This document shows positions 52,301-60,885 of a stretch of DNA of 64,000 nt, piece after piece. The DNA is taken from the NCBI GenBank assembly GCA_947626585.1, contig CANQSU010000001.1:11768-75767 (forward strand), read 5' to 3'. The stretch is from an uncultured Oscillospiraceae bacterium. GTDB lineage: Bacteria; Bacillota; Clostridia; Oscillospirales; Oscillospiraceae. Within the stretch, counting starts at the first letter, position 1; the number at the start of each line of letters is the position of its first letter. The translations under genes and the position numbers were made by a program. A model generated the notes under the pieces. The model made no database searches and was not told the origin of the DNA. It worked only from the letters and a program-made list of their open reading frames with translations.

Positions 52301-55076
52301 CGACGTTTACCGGAACCTGCCTTACGGCACATACGTGATGGCAGTGACGTACCTGACCAACGGGTACACCACCACGACCCCGCTGATCGCCATGGGCACC
52401 ATCGGCGGCACGGCGGACGAGGACAGCAACCCGTATGACCCTGAGTACGACCCTGATTTTGAGCCGGCCACGGACAACAAGTCCCAGTTGGAGTTCAACG
52501 TGGTTGTCGAGGATGTGTCCAAGGTTCCCGAGGTCCATACCACGCTGCTCGACGCAGGCTACCGGATCGATTCCACGCCGGTAAAAACCGCGCAGGGGAT
52601 CGTCGACCGGGTCGAGCTGTCCAACCTGCTGCCGAACAAGACCTATTACGCTTACAGCGTCCTGGTCGGCGCGGACGGGCAGATCATCCCCGGTACTGGG
52701 ATCGTGTCCCAGAGCCTGACCGGATATATTGACAGCAGCCATAACCCTGTTGACGACCAGATGGCGTCCAACCTGAAGGGCATCGTGGCCAGCGGCCTGT
52801 CCTACAATACCGTGACTGGGCGCTCCCAGTCCGCGTACACCGCATGGCTGGACAGCGTGTCCACGATCACCGGGTCTATCAACGACTCCCTGCTTCCCGA
52901 CCTGATCGCGAAGGCCAAGGAGGCCGCCAATACTGACCCGCAGAACGACATCTTCTACAACCAGGTGATGGCGCGGCTGCGCTACCTGGCCGACCCGAAG
53001 GACGCCCAGGGCAGCAGCCTGAACGGCACGGCCATCGTCGAGATGCGCCATGATAACATTGACGCGACTAAGCTGGAGGGCCAGGACGTCGTAGGCTTCC
53101 TGTTCTTGTGTCAGGCCAACGAGCCCAACCCGGCGGTGCTTTCCGCCACCAGCGTCGACGCGATCCGCGTCGCGGCCGGCACCAGCCTGAAGGCGCAGCA
53201 TTACAGCCTGTATGACGAGAACCAGACCGTGCACATCGCGACCTTGGACATCAGCGCCCAGGCCAGCCTGAGCGGCGGCAAGGAGATCGACCCGACCGAG
53301 ACGGTCAAGGCGACCATCACCGCCGGGAACCTGTACCCGGGCAACACTTACGTCGTGCGTGCCGTCCTGAAGGACGAGTCCGGCAACAACATCAAGGGCG
53401 CGGACGGCAACGACCTGGTGGTCGAGCGTTCGTTCCGTGCCTCCGGCAAGTCCCAGGTGCTGGACAACGTCGTGTTTGACGGCCTTGACGCAGCCAAGTA
53501 CAACGGCCAGAGGCTGACCGTCTACGCGGACCTGTACCGTACCGTGACCACCGGTGGCGTGACCACTGAGTATTGGCTGGTCGCGAAGGGTGACCCCGAC
53601 TCCCTTGGCTACGAGGCCGGCGGCGAGGACCCCGGCAAGAACCAGGTGGACGTGCTGGCGCCTACCGTGACGACCGTGTTCACGACTTTCCGTGGCGATA
53701 AGACCGCGAATTTCGATACGGACATTGCCTTGAAGGACACCGTGCACTACGAGAACCTGATCCCCGGCGCGCATTACAGCGCCGTGCTGACCGTGATGAC
53801 CGAGGACGGGCTGCCCGCCGTTGACGACAACGGGAAGGGCATCACCGTGACCCAGGACTTCATCGCGGACATCGAGACGAAGGACCTGGAGCTGGTGACC
53901 CTGGCCATTTCCGGCAAGGCACTGGAGGGCATGGAGCTTGTCGCCTACAACGACCTGTACCGGACGGACAACAACAAGCGCATCGTGGTGGCCGAGGAGC
54001 ACGACCTGCATGACCGGTCCCAGACGATCTACGCCACCGGCACGACCGCGACCGTGTACATCAGCACCACGGCCCTGAGCGACGAGACAAACTCCCATTA
54101 CCTGCCGGCGTTCAACGGCACCAAGGCAACGGATACCGTGATCATCCGGAACCTGGAGCCTGAGACGACCTACACCCTGAAGACCGAGCTGGCGTACGCC
54201 GCCAACGGGCGTACCGTGACCCAGTTCGCGCCGCTGACCCAGACCGTCAAGTCTGACAAGGACGGGCTCGTCCGCGTCGACGTGCCCCTGACGATCAACA
54301 GCGAGATCATGGCCGGCGAGGCAATTGTCGTGTATGAGACGCTGCTTGACGCCGAGGGCATCGAGACCATCGCGGAGCACCGTGACCGTGCCGACCTGTC
54401 CCAGACGCTGTACGTGTCCGGCCTGGACACCCTGGCGACCGACGAGTCCGGTGGCAGCCACCTGGTCGAGCCGGTCAAGACCCAGCATGACGACGTGTTC
54501 TACAAGACCGACACTAACACCGGGGACCTGACCCAGAACGTCAAGACCACTTACAGCTACCAGGCTACCGTGCGTGACCGCGTGTGGTTCGACAACCTGG
54601 TGCCCGGGAACAAGTATGAGGTCGAGACGACCGTGGTGGCCCAGAAGAACGGCGCCGTGGTCGGCAGCATGACCAAGAACTTTACGCCGAAGTCCGCCAC
54701 CGGTTCCTTCACGGTCTATATCGACCTGGACGTGACGAATTTCGTCGGGCAGAAGCTGGTGGTCTATGAGACCATCACGGACGCCTACACGGGCAAGATC
54801 ATCGCGGTCCACGAGGACATCGACGACGAGGACCAGACCGTGACGATCCTGGCCCCGGAGGCCGAGACGAAGCCGGACGAGACGAAGCCCGAGGAGACCA
54901 CCAAGCCGGACGAGACGACGCCGACTGACAACAGCGGCAAGCCTGACAACACCGGCAAGGACATCCAGACGGGAGTCGACGAGCTCTACGGCCGTTACTT
55001 CCTGATCGCCGCGATCCTGGCGGCCGTTGCCGCCGCCGGCGGATTCCTGTACTACTGGAAGAAGCGCCGTGGCTAA
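49359..55076 (+). CDS. giant cell-wall-anchored adhesin with repeated Ig-like (VaFE / ester-bond-type) domains
   Basis: Track ORF 49305..55076 trimmed to MHAKQV behind AAAGGAG. Signal peptide LLVLAMAFSMLSGTLPLTSVTAEA. At least 6 repeats of a module ending ...G(Q/M)xL(V/T)VY(E/A/N)(D/T)L(Y/L). C-terminal sorting-signal layout DIQTG, then hydrophobic FLIAAILAAVAAAGGFLYY, then KKRRG. Confidence 0.85.
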   Translation: MHAKQVLKRGLSRLLVLAMAFSMLSGTLPLTSVTAEAAEESPLKPEGKHLYIQMLDSDVYGADKDEMTTQTPQDRGAGWASKVWGSTSITHFLSAPEGLATMDVRHFIVYDLGEKDKSTNFNGNIGELLKEKSADGSYGTKDAFKENDCYGTDGTQTYIKIACLAGVAGHEGHLSKLKASKFEVDGTPVVSTVNGITRIYMDIDLSEWNKLQSDHFYVIVEDYDKEPGYGYLKNTAAGTDMSAADERGWQMIFKWHASSGNADDQYIICNVKSNGLWQSYDKGGSEAKNEAVGTGNQPLHNEPARGGFTFNVKDLEAAQYGDTYDGMSQGIGDLDGAVFAVFNINPNAPSAEAMKNGDVTGYVVVDEDGQNGIDDEEDQIFYPAYTYDTVIQAYTDYLNACMEADKIQTGPTGQDKSIAYNGVYGLEPDTLGITGTKDYFVLGSAENPIVPCMVLGTKDGVVTTGSRALPVGNYLVLQVKSGAGYYIDENFRPIVTIGEFGADGDSVYGYGNAYPTSMKSSNFDQFQKGASGHGFVKTDSPVFYMPAQHTGSEIVLGDMTKLSFVVNNGSITTGQSGLNTMTNGVADKYVDAGSDHYAAYPNDGKYVIQTSGGEAVSSGKNRFDQWASGSDNTSVGFRRVPKLGYSRLTAWQAPMRAGIMLMLGDANDLRLNTGDANYVGEPQGDGDFLGTVFRVRPYNVDEWYKGGGKAKVENLLKNQVVTNTWDSGSKHFALFGSQNMTQKGITYDYDDTIYGEYKAQVDSKGQYFVNIPVDELPYGIYQITQVVTGEGYGNDGAGGAADYDDWTAMHYEEVTVTALFVYEENHISANYGSDTITGKSGNEEKTKVREPYQRGTVQYLPQTLVRGGMLFTAEPGETVEDPSKVELEITVYNVSKHYVYVDQDKKGEDGKVADGAQSELTIKDKIPTANTVWNNRIMKDAMAARTVTDLNKVLSDSTFAKSKVYTTGHVTLGDLQGGIMADVYRNLPYGTYVMAVTYLTNGYTTTTPLIAMGTIGGTADEDSNPYDPEYDPDFEPATDNKSQLEFNVVVEDVSKVPEVHTTLLDAGYRIDSTPVKTAQGIVDRVELSNLLPNKTYYAYSVLVGADGQIIPGTGIVSQSLTGYIDSSHNPVDDQMASNLKGIVASGLSYNTVTGRSQSAYTAWLDSVSTITGSINDSLLPDLIAKAKEAANTDPQNDIFYNQVMARLRYLADPKDAQGSSLNGTAIVEMRHDNIDATKLEGQDVVGFLFLCQANEPNPAVLSATSVDAIRVAAGTSLKAQHYSLYDENQTVHIATLDISAQASLSGGKEIDPTETVKATITAGNLYPGNTYVVRAVLKDESGNNIKGADGNDLVVERSFRASGKSQVLDNVVFDGLDAAKYNGQRLTVYADLYRTVTTGGVTTEYWLVAKGDPDSLGYEAGGEDPGKNQVDVLAPTVTTVFTTFRGDKTANFDTDIALKDTVHYENLIPGAHYSAVLTVMTEDGLPAVDDNGKGITVTQDFIADIETKDLELVTLAISGKALEGMELVAYNDLYRTDNNKRIVVAEEHDLHDRSQTIYATGTTATVYISTTALSDETNSHYLPAFNGTKATDTVIIRNLEPETTYTLKTELAYAANGRTVTQFAPLTQTVKSDKDGLVRVDVPLTINSEIMAGEAIVVYETLLDAEGIETIAEHRDRADLSQTLYVSGLDTLATDESGGSHLVEPVKTQHDDVFYKTDTNTGDLTQNVKTTYSYQATVRDRVWFDNLVPGNKYEVETTVVAQKNGAVVGSMTKNFTPKSATGSFTVYIDLDVTNFVGQKLVVYETITDAYTGKIIAVHEDIDDEDQTVTILAPEAETKPDETKPEETTKPDETTPTDNSGKPDNTGKDIQTGVDELYGRYFLIAAILAAVAAAGGFLYYWKKRRG

Positions 55077-55090
55077 CCCCATGACGATGA

Positions 55091-55118
55091 ACGGGAGGGC
55101 GCAAGCCCTCCCGTTTTT
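55091..55118 (+). terminator. rho-independent terminator after the adhesin gene
   Basis: ACGGGAGGGC-GCAA-GCCCTCCCGT followed by TTTT. Confidence 0.8.
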
Positions 55119-55134
55119 AACGTCCAGGACGTGC

Positions 55135-55163
55135 TTGACAAACGACCGTTCCTGATGTATGAT
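55135..55163 (+). promoter_or_regulatory. promoter for the sortase operon
   Basis: TTGACA, a 17-nt spacer, then TATGAT. Confidence 0.65.
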
Positions 55164-55227
55164 GTATTCGTGATATTTCCCCTTATACTGTATGAAAATG
55201 TATGAGAACCCGAAAGGAGACACCCAT

Positions 55228-56283
55228 ATGGCAAAACAGCTGACCCAGCCCGGGTCAAAGGCGCCGAAAAAGAAGCCCGGGGCCATGGCATTCATTTTCC
55301 CGCTGATCCTATTGCTGCTTCTCGGCACGGCCGGGTGGTTTTTGTATTCAGGCCTGCAGGACTACAACACGATGCGGAACATGGTCCTGACGTGGGAGCA
55401 GGTGGTCCACGTCGCGGACACGGAGGACCCTGACGCCCCGACGGAATACGTCGAGGTCCAGCTCGGGCACAACGCCGGGACGGAGAACGGCGAGCCCGGC
55501 GAGACGGCCCCGGTCGCCACGACGAAGCAGGCGGCCCTGCAGCCCAAGGAAGATTACCTGTACCGGCCGATCAACCTGGCCGCGCTGCGGGCCCTGAACC
55601 CGGACGTCGACGGCTATATCTACATACCGAACAGCAGCGTCGACTACCCGGTGATGAAGGAGCCGGAACCTGAAAAATATTACTACCTGGACCACAACAT
55701 CAACAAGGAATACGACCGGTACGGCGCTATTTTTGAGATCAGTGACTTGGAGCGAGGTTTGCCATCCATGGACAATCCGCTGACCTGGATGTTCGGACAC
55801 CACATGGCATCCGGGTCCATGTTCGCGACACTGTATAATTATGAGGACGAGGACTTCTATGACAACCCGATCTACGTCTATCATGACGACTGGCGGGCCG
55901 AGTACGAGGCTTTCGGCTACTGCCTGGTCGGGGAGACGGATCCTGCGTACGACTTCGACGGGTACGCCCGCGGGACGGACGATTACCAGGAGCTGCTGGA
56001 TTACCTGAAGTCCAAGAATGCCATGAAGAAGGACAAGGGTTGGCCGGACAAGGACGACGACGTGCTGATCCTATCGACCTGCTACGGCGGCGCGGGGACG
56101 TCCTGGCGGATGATCTTATTGTGCCGCGAGGTGCGCCGGGCCATGGTACCTGACTATTACGAGAACGAGTGGGAGGTCGACCAGTACGGCGGCGACAAGA
56201 CGCCTGTGCCGGAGAGCGAGCTCACCGGCGAGAAGCCCGAGAACCCCGTGTCCGGCATGGACGGGATCATGGGTAGTGACTGA
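55228..56283 (+). CDS. srtB: class B sortase
   Basis: Track ORF 55192..56283 trimmed to MAKQL behind AAAGGAGA. TM anchor, LNPDVDGYIYIPNSSVDYPVMK, DRYGAIF, FGHHM, catalytic LILSTCY. Confidence 0.82.
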   Translation: MAKQLTQPGSKAPKKKPGAMAFIFPLILLLLLGTAGWFLYSGLQDYNTMRNMVLTWEQVVHVADTEDPDAPTEYVEVQLGHNAGTENGEPGETAPVATTKQAALQPKEDYLYRPINLAALRALNPDVDGYIYIPNSSVDYPVMKEPEPEKYYYLDHNINKEYDRYGAIFEISDLERGLPSMDNPLTWMFGHHMASGSMFATLYNYEDEDFYDNPIYVYHDDWRAEYEAFGYCLVGETDPAYDFDGYARGTDDYQELLDYLKSKNAMKKDKGWPDKDDDVLILSTCYGGAGTSWRMILLCREVRRAMVPDYYENEWEVDQYGGDKTPVPESELTGEKPENPVSGMDGIMGSD

Positions 56284-56301
56284 GATCGGAGGTGATGTGA
56301 C

Positions 56302-56661
56302 GTGGCAAGGAAAGAGAGTGACAAGCGCATCACGGCGACGCTGGACGCCGACATGTACCGCAAGCTGTGCAACCTGGCTGAGCGGAAGGACGAGTCCCTG
56401 TCCGACGTCCTGCGGGAGGCCGTGGACCTGCTGATCCGGTACGACAACGAGGACTATTACCCGTTGGCAAGGATCGAGGCGGCCAGGGTGAACCAGATGG
56501 TGGACCTGATGGCGAGCATGTCGTCCAAACTGGACAACGTGAGCAAGTACATGGTGGAGGGCTTCACCTCCATCCTGAACGTGACGAACGGCGACGCGCC
56601 CAACTACCTGCAGCGCGTCATGGACGAGGACGACCCGGACAGGATCGTCCGGGATGAATGA
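56302..56661 (+). CDS. ribbon-helix-helix protein (MobC/CopG-like)
   Basis: GTG start behind GGAGGTGA. RITATLDADMYRKLCNLAERKDESLSDVLREAVDLL fits the RHH layout. Confidence 0.6.
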   Translation: MARKESDKRITATLDADMYRKLCNLAERKDESLSDVLREAVDLLIRYDNEDYYPLARIEAARVNQMVDLMASMSSKLDNVSKYMVEGFTSILNVTNGDAPNYLQRVMDEDDPDRIVRDE

Positions 56662-56679
56662 CCGGGGAGGTGACGGACG

Positions 56680-58062
56680 ATGCCGGGACTTGATGTATCT
56701 GAAATATTGCGGCAATGGGATGACGGAAAAGAAAAGGACCTGGAGCGGGACGACGCCAGGGAGGCCGTCAGGTCGATCCGGAACAAGGCCGAGGCGGCCG
56801 TCCGGAAGGACCGGGCCGAGGAGCTGGTGGACAACAACATCGGCGACCCGTCCCTGGAGCATGAACTGCGGGTCGCAGCCGGCGGCGGGTCTTCTTCGGC
56901 CGAGAACGCGGAGACGCAGCGGCTGATGAACATCGCCCGGGGCAGGCACCAGCCTCCGGAACCCGAGCCGGAAAAAGAAGAAGAGGGCGAGTACGACAAG
57001 AAGCCGACGGTCTACGAATACCAGCGGCGGATGGCGGCGAGGCTCTCCAACGCGTTGGCGGCGCGGAACGTGCAGAAGCTGATCATTATCAACAACCGGG
57101 CCAACCTGCGCAAGGGCCTGCCCGGGATCCAGAAGCCGGCCGTGAAAGGGCAGACCAGCACCATCACGATCCCGACGGCGCTGCTTCGCAGGGTACAGCA
57201 GGAGGTCGGGGCGCTGTCGTCCAAGGCGAACCAGAACGAGATCATGACGGGGTTCCTGTACTGGTATTTCGGGCAGCCGGAGGAGGTGTCGTTCCCGTCA
57301 GACGACGCGTTTTCCCGCGTGCGGGAGATCACGGCCAACCTGGACGAGACCGCTTCCCCGGCGCGGGCCGGGAAGGCAGGGAACAGCGCCGTGATGGAGC
57401 TGCGGGACCTGGTGGCCGAGAATTCCAGCCGGCTGGACGCGATGTTCGATTTATATCAAAGGATGGCCGCGCTGTTCGGGAAGCTGGACCGGAAGGTGGA
57501 TGGGGCGACGATCGCCGCCATCTACGCCATGCTGAACGGTATGGGGTCCTACACGCCGGTCATGGGCCCGGGCCAGCCGCTGGACACCCTGGACGTCATG
57601 GCGGGCGGCAACTCGTTCACGATCCTGGAGCTGATCCAGTCGGCGACGGAGTACATCGCCCGGCGGGATGGCAGGCGGATCTACGAGGCGAAGTTCAAGA
57701 AGGCCCAGTCCCCGTATACATATGCCTCCGACAAGCCGAAGTACGGTCAGCAGACGTACCAGGAGCCCGAGCCGGAGGAGCCTGATTACGACGGTCCTGA
57801 CGAGGACGGAGATGACGAGGACGATTACTACGGCTACGAGTCGCTCCCGTACGTCGACGACCTGCCCGAGGATGACGACGGCTACAACGACATGATCGGC
57901 GGCGGGGACGCCATGGCCGACGCTGATTACGGCGACAACGCCGGCGGCGGCGACGACGCGGCCGGCGAGCTGATGAAGCGGCAGCGCGAGGCGAAGTGGC
58001 TGGACGAGATCGGGAAGAACTTTTCCGGGAAGGTCATCAACGGCGATAAAAAACAATCGTGA
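56680..58062 (+). CDS. hypothetical protein with internal RHH-like segment and very acidic C-terminal region
   Basis: Track ORF with a GGGGAGG RBS. STITIPTALLRRVQQEV...NQNEIMTGFLYWYF, and a poly-acidic stretch PEEPDYDGPDEDGDDEDDYYGYE. Confidence 0.58.
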   Translation: MPGLDVSEILRQWDDGKEKDLERDDAREAVRSIRNKAEAAVRKDRAEELVDNNIGDPSLEHELRVAAGGGSSSAENAETQRLMNIARGRHQPPEPEPEKEEEGEYDKKPTVYEYQRRMAARLSNALAARNVQKLIIINNRANLRKGLPGIQKPAVKGQTSTITIPTALLRRVQQEVGALSSKANQNEIMTGFLYWYFGQPEEVSFPSDDAFSRVREITANLDETASPARAGKAGNSAVMELRDLVAENSSRLDAMFDLYQRMAALFGKLDRKVDGATIAAIYAMLNGMGSYTPVMGPGQPLDTLDVMAGGNSFTILELIQSATEYIARRDGRRIYEAKFKKAQSPYTYASDKPKYGQQTYQEPEPEEPDYDGPDEDGDDEDDYYGYESLPYVDDLPEDDDGYNDMIGGGDAMADADYGDNAGGGDDAAGELMKRQREAKWLDEIGKNFSGKVINGDKKQS

Positions 58063-58081
58063 CTTATGGGTGGGAAACGTC

Positions 58082-58110
58082 TTGACGTTTCCCATCCACG
58101 CGTATATAAT
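58082..58110 (+). promoter_or_regulatory. promoter overlapping a hairpin
   Basis: TTGACG, a 17-nt spacer, then TATAAT. The -35 element lies in the loop and 3' arm of the inverted repeat GGGAAACGT/ACGTTTCCC. Confidence 0.6.
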
Positions 58111-58157
58111 ATATAAACAAGGCTTTTTGCAAATCGTTAGATAAAGGAGTGTACGCT

Positions 58158-59264
58158 ATGGCTGATGATAACAAGACCCAGGGCACCGATTTCCTGGGAG
58201 GCGACGGCGGGACGGGGGCCAACGTCAATGAGGCGAATAGCGCCGCCGAGGCCGGCCGCGCGGCAGAGGCACAGGAGTCCTCGGCCTATTCGAAATATGT
58301 GAAGTCCGTCAAGGCATTCGAGGACGGCGTCAAGAAGACGCAGGAGAGCGTCAAGAAGGCCCAGCAGGACGCGCAGAGCCAGAACGCCGATGAGGTGGCG
58401 AATTCCACCATGGAGAAGACCGGCGGCGAGCCCATCAGCTTTAGCGAGGCGCTGGCCATGGTGGACAACGAGAAGGCGGCCAACAAGGCTCTGCGGCAGA
58501 CCGAGATGACCGCCCTCAAGGATACGGCGACGGACCTTGGAAGCGTCGTCCTGGAAGGCGGCAAGGTCCTCTGGAACCAGGCGAAGGACACTGGCCGGGG
58601 AATCCTGGACACGATCAAGTCGCCCCAGGGCCTTGGCACGCTTGCCGTTGGCGGCGCCCTTGGCGCGATGTTCGAGAACACGGACCTTGTTTCCGGCGTG
58701 AGCGAGAACCTGCTCAAGATCCTGTCCGGCAACAAGGCCTTGGAAGAGGGCAACGAGACGGAAGCCGACGAAAAATATATCGGCGGGTACGACCCTGAGA
58801 ACCTTGAGCAGAGCGCTTATGAGGACGCCCTTGGGGAGACCGGGCAGACGTCCTATGATGACGAGACGATGCAGGGCGAGACGGCCGAGGGCAAGGACAT
58901 CGAGAACGACGGGTACATCGCCCACCACGACAGCAACGACGCGCTCAATTCCAGCGAGGAGGACCTGGAAAACCTATCCCACCTGAACCAGGAGGACGCG
59001 GACACCTCGTGGCTGGACACTATCGGGAAGCTCATGGAGGATTACGACAAGGAGGACGGCTCCATGTCGCTGATCGGCGCCATCGGGCAGGGCCTCCAGG
59101 AGGTCACGCTGGGCGACGGCGCCGGCGCGCTGGGCACGGTGGCCGAAGTCGTCAAGCAGACGACCAGCGCGATGGACCGCCTGAACGCGGCCGCCGCGGA
59201 GACGGACCGGAACGAGGCCGAGAAGCAGGAGCAGGACGACGGCCCCGGTTACGGGAAGCCCTAA
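58158..59264 (+). CDS. hypothetical acidic protein
   Basis: Track ORF 58149..59264 trimmed to ATG behind AAAGGAG. No family recognised. Confidence 0.58.
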   Translation: MADDNKTQGTDFLGGDGGTGANVNEANSAAEAGRAAEAQESSAYSKYVKSVKAFEDGVKKTQESVKKAQQDAQSQNADEVANSTMEKTGGEPISFSEALAMVDNEKAANKALRQTEMTALKDTATDLGSVVLEGGKVLWNQAKDTGRGILDTIKSPQGLGTLAVGGALGAMFENTDLVSGVSENLLKILSGNKALEEGNETEADEKYIGGYDPENLEQSAYEDALGETGQTSYDDETMQGETAEGKDIENDGYIAHHDSNDALNSSEEDLENLSHLNQEDADTSWLDTIGKLMEDYDKEDGSMSLIGAIGQGLQEVTLGDGAGALGTVAEVVKQTTSAMDRLNAAAAETDRNEAEKQEQDDGPGYGKP

Positions 59265-59334
59265 TACACGTAATAAACTGCCCCGGTTTTCCGGGGCGGC
59301 ATGATGAAACATATGAATAAAGGAGGAACTGATC

Positions 59335-59874
59335 ATGGAACGAGAAGTCTATGAGAAAAGCCGCACAGACCTTGTCACCGATTTCGGCATTGCCGTGCAT
59401 GACGATGACGAGGCCGCGGCCCGGAAGGCCGCGAAGGGGCTGGTCCAGCTGATGTGGGACAACAAGGGCAGCATCCGCCTGGACGCCTATGACACGGACA
59501 TTGATGAGGTGTCCCTGGACCTGGACGCGGACGACGTCGCAGCCCTCGGGGGCGTGCATGACATGCTGGAGGAACACTATCCTGACAGCGACAACCGTCC
59601 CGAGAACCTGTTGGACCTGTCCAAGCACTTCTGGTACGACACGCGGGCCGAGATGCTGCGCGAGCAGGTCCGTGACGCGCTGTCCGACCAGTTTGACGAG
59701 TACCTGGACGACTGGTCCGACCGGAAGGGCGATCCGAAGCTGGCCGTGCACAACGCGCCGGACGGATTCAAAAAAGAGGAAAGCCCCGCCTACCAGAAGC
59801 TGATGGCCATGGCCGACGAGATCGACGGCGGCGAAGGCGAGGGCGACGATGTCGATTACGGCATCGGGATGTGA
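59335..59874 (+). CDS. small highly acidic protein
   Basis: Track ORF with an AAAGGAGG RBS. Asp/Glu-rich throughout (DDDEAA, DTDIDEVSLDLDADD, DEYLDDWSD, GGEGEGDDVDYG). Confidence 0.6.
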   Translation: MEREVYEKSRTDLVTDFGIAVHDDDEAAARKAAKGLVQLMWDNKGSIRLDAYDTDIDEVSLDLDADDVAALGGVHDMLEEHYPDSDNRPENLLDLSKHFWYDTRAEMLREQVRDALSDQFDEYLDDWSDRKGDPKLAVHNAPDGFKKEESPAYQKLMAMADEIDGGEGEGDDVDYGIGM

Positions 59875-59889
59875 CGGGAGGTGCGAGGC

Positions 59890-60885
59890 ATGGGGGCGTA
59901 CCTGAAACACGTGGCAAAACGGCAGTATAACGCCACCGTCGCCCGCTCGAAGTTTTACGACAAGTGTGTCGAGGCCAAGGGCGGCGAGCTGACCAATGAC
60001 GAGTGGCGCCTGGAGCAGATGCTGGATGCCGACGGTCCTTACGGGGCCATGTGCCTGACGAAGACCGGCCTGGGGGATTACGGGTATACCGACTCCGGCG
60101 ACCGGATGCGGGAGGAGCTTCTGGAGAAGAGCACCCGCCATTACGTCGAGGGCGAGGTGAATGAGAACCTGCAGCGACGTTTATACGGGGCCGGGTTCGA
60201 GTGCAGGCCTGCCAACCTGGGTGGGAAGGCCTATACGGAGATCGTGCACGACCCGGGGGCGCCGGACATCCTGCAATGGGAGACAGGGAACAAGGCCGGC
60301 TTTAAGCGGGCCATGGACACCTATGGGCTCAGCAGGGACGTCCAGTGGCTGGAGGGGCACGGCAAGGTCGGCACGTACGCCCACGACCTGCGGGCGGCCG
60401 CCGTCTCGCTCAACGAGGCGGTCAAGTCCGGGGACGAGGAAAAGTCCCTGGGCGCCCAGCAGGACCTGGTCAAGACGGTGTTCAACCGGCACGGGCACGT
60501 CGACATCGAGGTGGACCCACAGACGAACAGGATGTTCGTGGCGTCGGCCAGCCTGACCCTGAATTCAAAAGAGAAGTCCATCCTGGAAAACGCCCATCAG
60601 TACATGCAGGAGAAGTTCGGGAAGGACGCGTCCATGGCGGGCGTGTCCTTTGGAGACACGATCCCGCAGGGCGAGGGGCTGGACCGGCAGACCGGGGAGC
60701 ACCTGGACAAGCAGCTGGGCACCTTGTACGACGAGTATGACGCCGTGCACGAGTACAAGCACGCCAGTGTCGAAGCCGAGACGCCGAAGAAACAGGGCGC
60801 GTTTTCCAAGCTGATGGGATTCCTGCGCCGCGACGACCCCGACGGGGCCGGGAAAGGGGAGGTTGAAAATGAGTTCGCTGACTGA
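59890..60885 (+). CDS. hypothetical protein, paralog A
   Basis: Track ORF 59881..60885 trimmed to ATG behind GGGAGG. Shares LQRRLYGAGFEC...TEIVHDPGAPDILQWETGNKAGF and a C-terminal FSKLMGFLRRDD motif with the next ORF. Confidence 0.6.
   Translation: MGAYLKHVAKRQYNATVARSKFYDKCVEAKGGELTNDEWRLEQMLDADGPYGAMCLTKTGLGDYGYTDSGDRMREELLEKSTRHYVEGEVNENLQRRLYGAGFECRPANLGGKAYTEIVHDPGAPDILQWETGNKAGFKRAMDTYGLSRDVQWLEGHGKVGTYAHDLRAAAVSLNEAVKSGDEEKSLGAQQDLVKTVFNRHGHVDIEVDPQTNRMFVASASLTLNSKEKSILENAHQYMQEKFGKDASMAGVSFGDTIPQGEGLDRQTGEHLDKQLGTLYDEYDAVHEYKHASVEAETPKKQGAFSKLMGFLRRDDPDGAGKGEVENEFAD

Noticed and set aside
50799-55328. 1509-aa minus-strand ORF, the longest minus-strand ORF in the track
   Set aside because: It lies entirely antisense to the adhesin gene. 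It has shadow-ORF composition (Arg/Gly/Val/His/Leu-rich, low complexity), no RBS context and no recognisable motif. The plus-strand frame has a signal peptide, repeats, a sorting signal, a promoter and a terminator.
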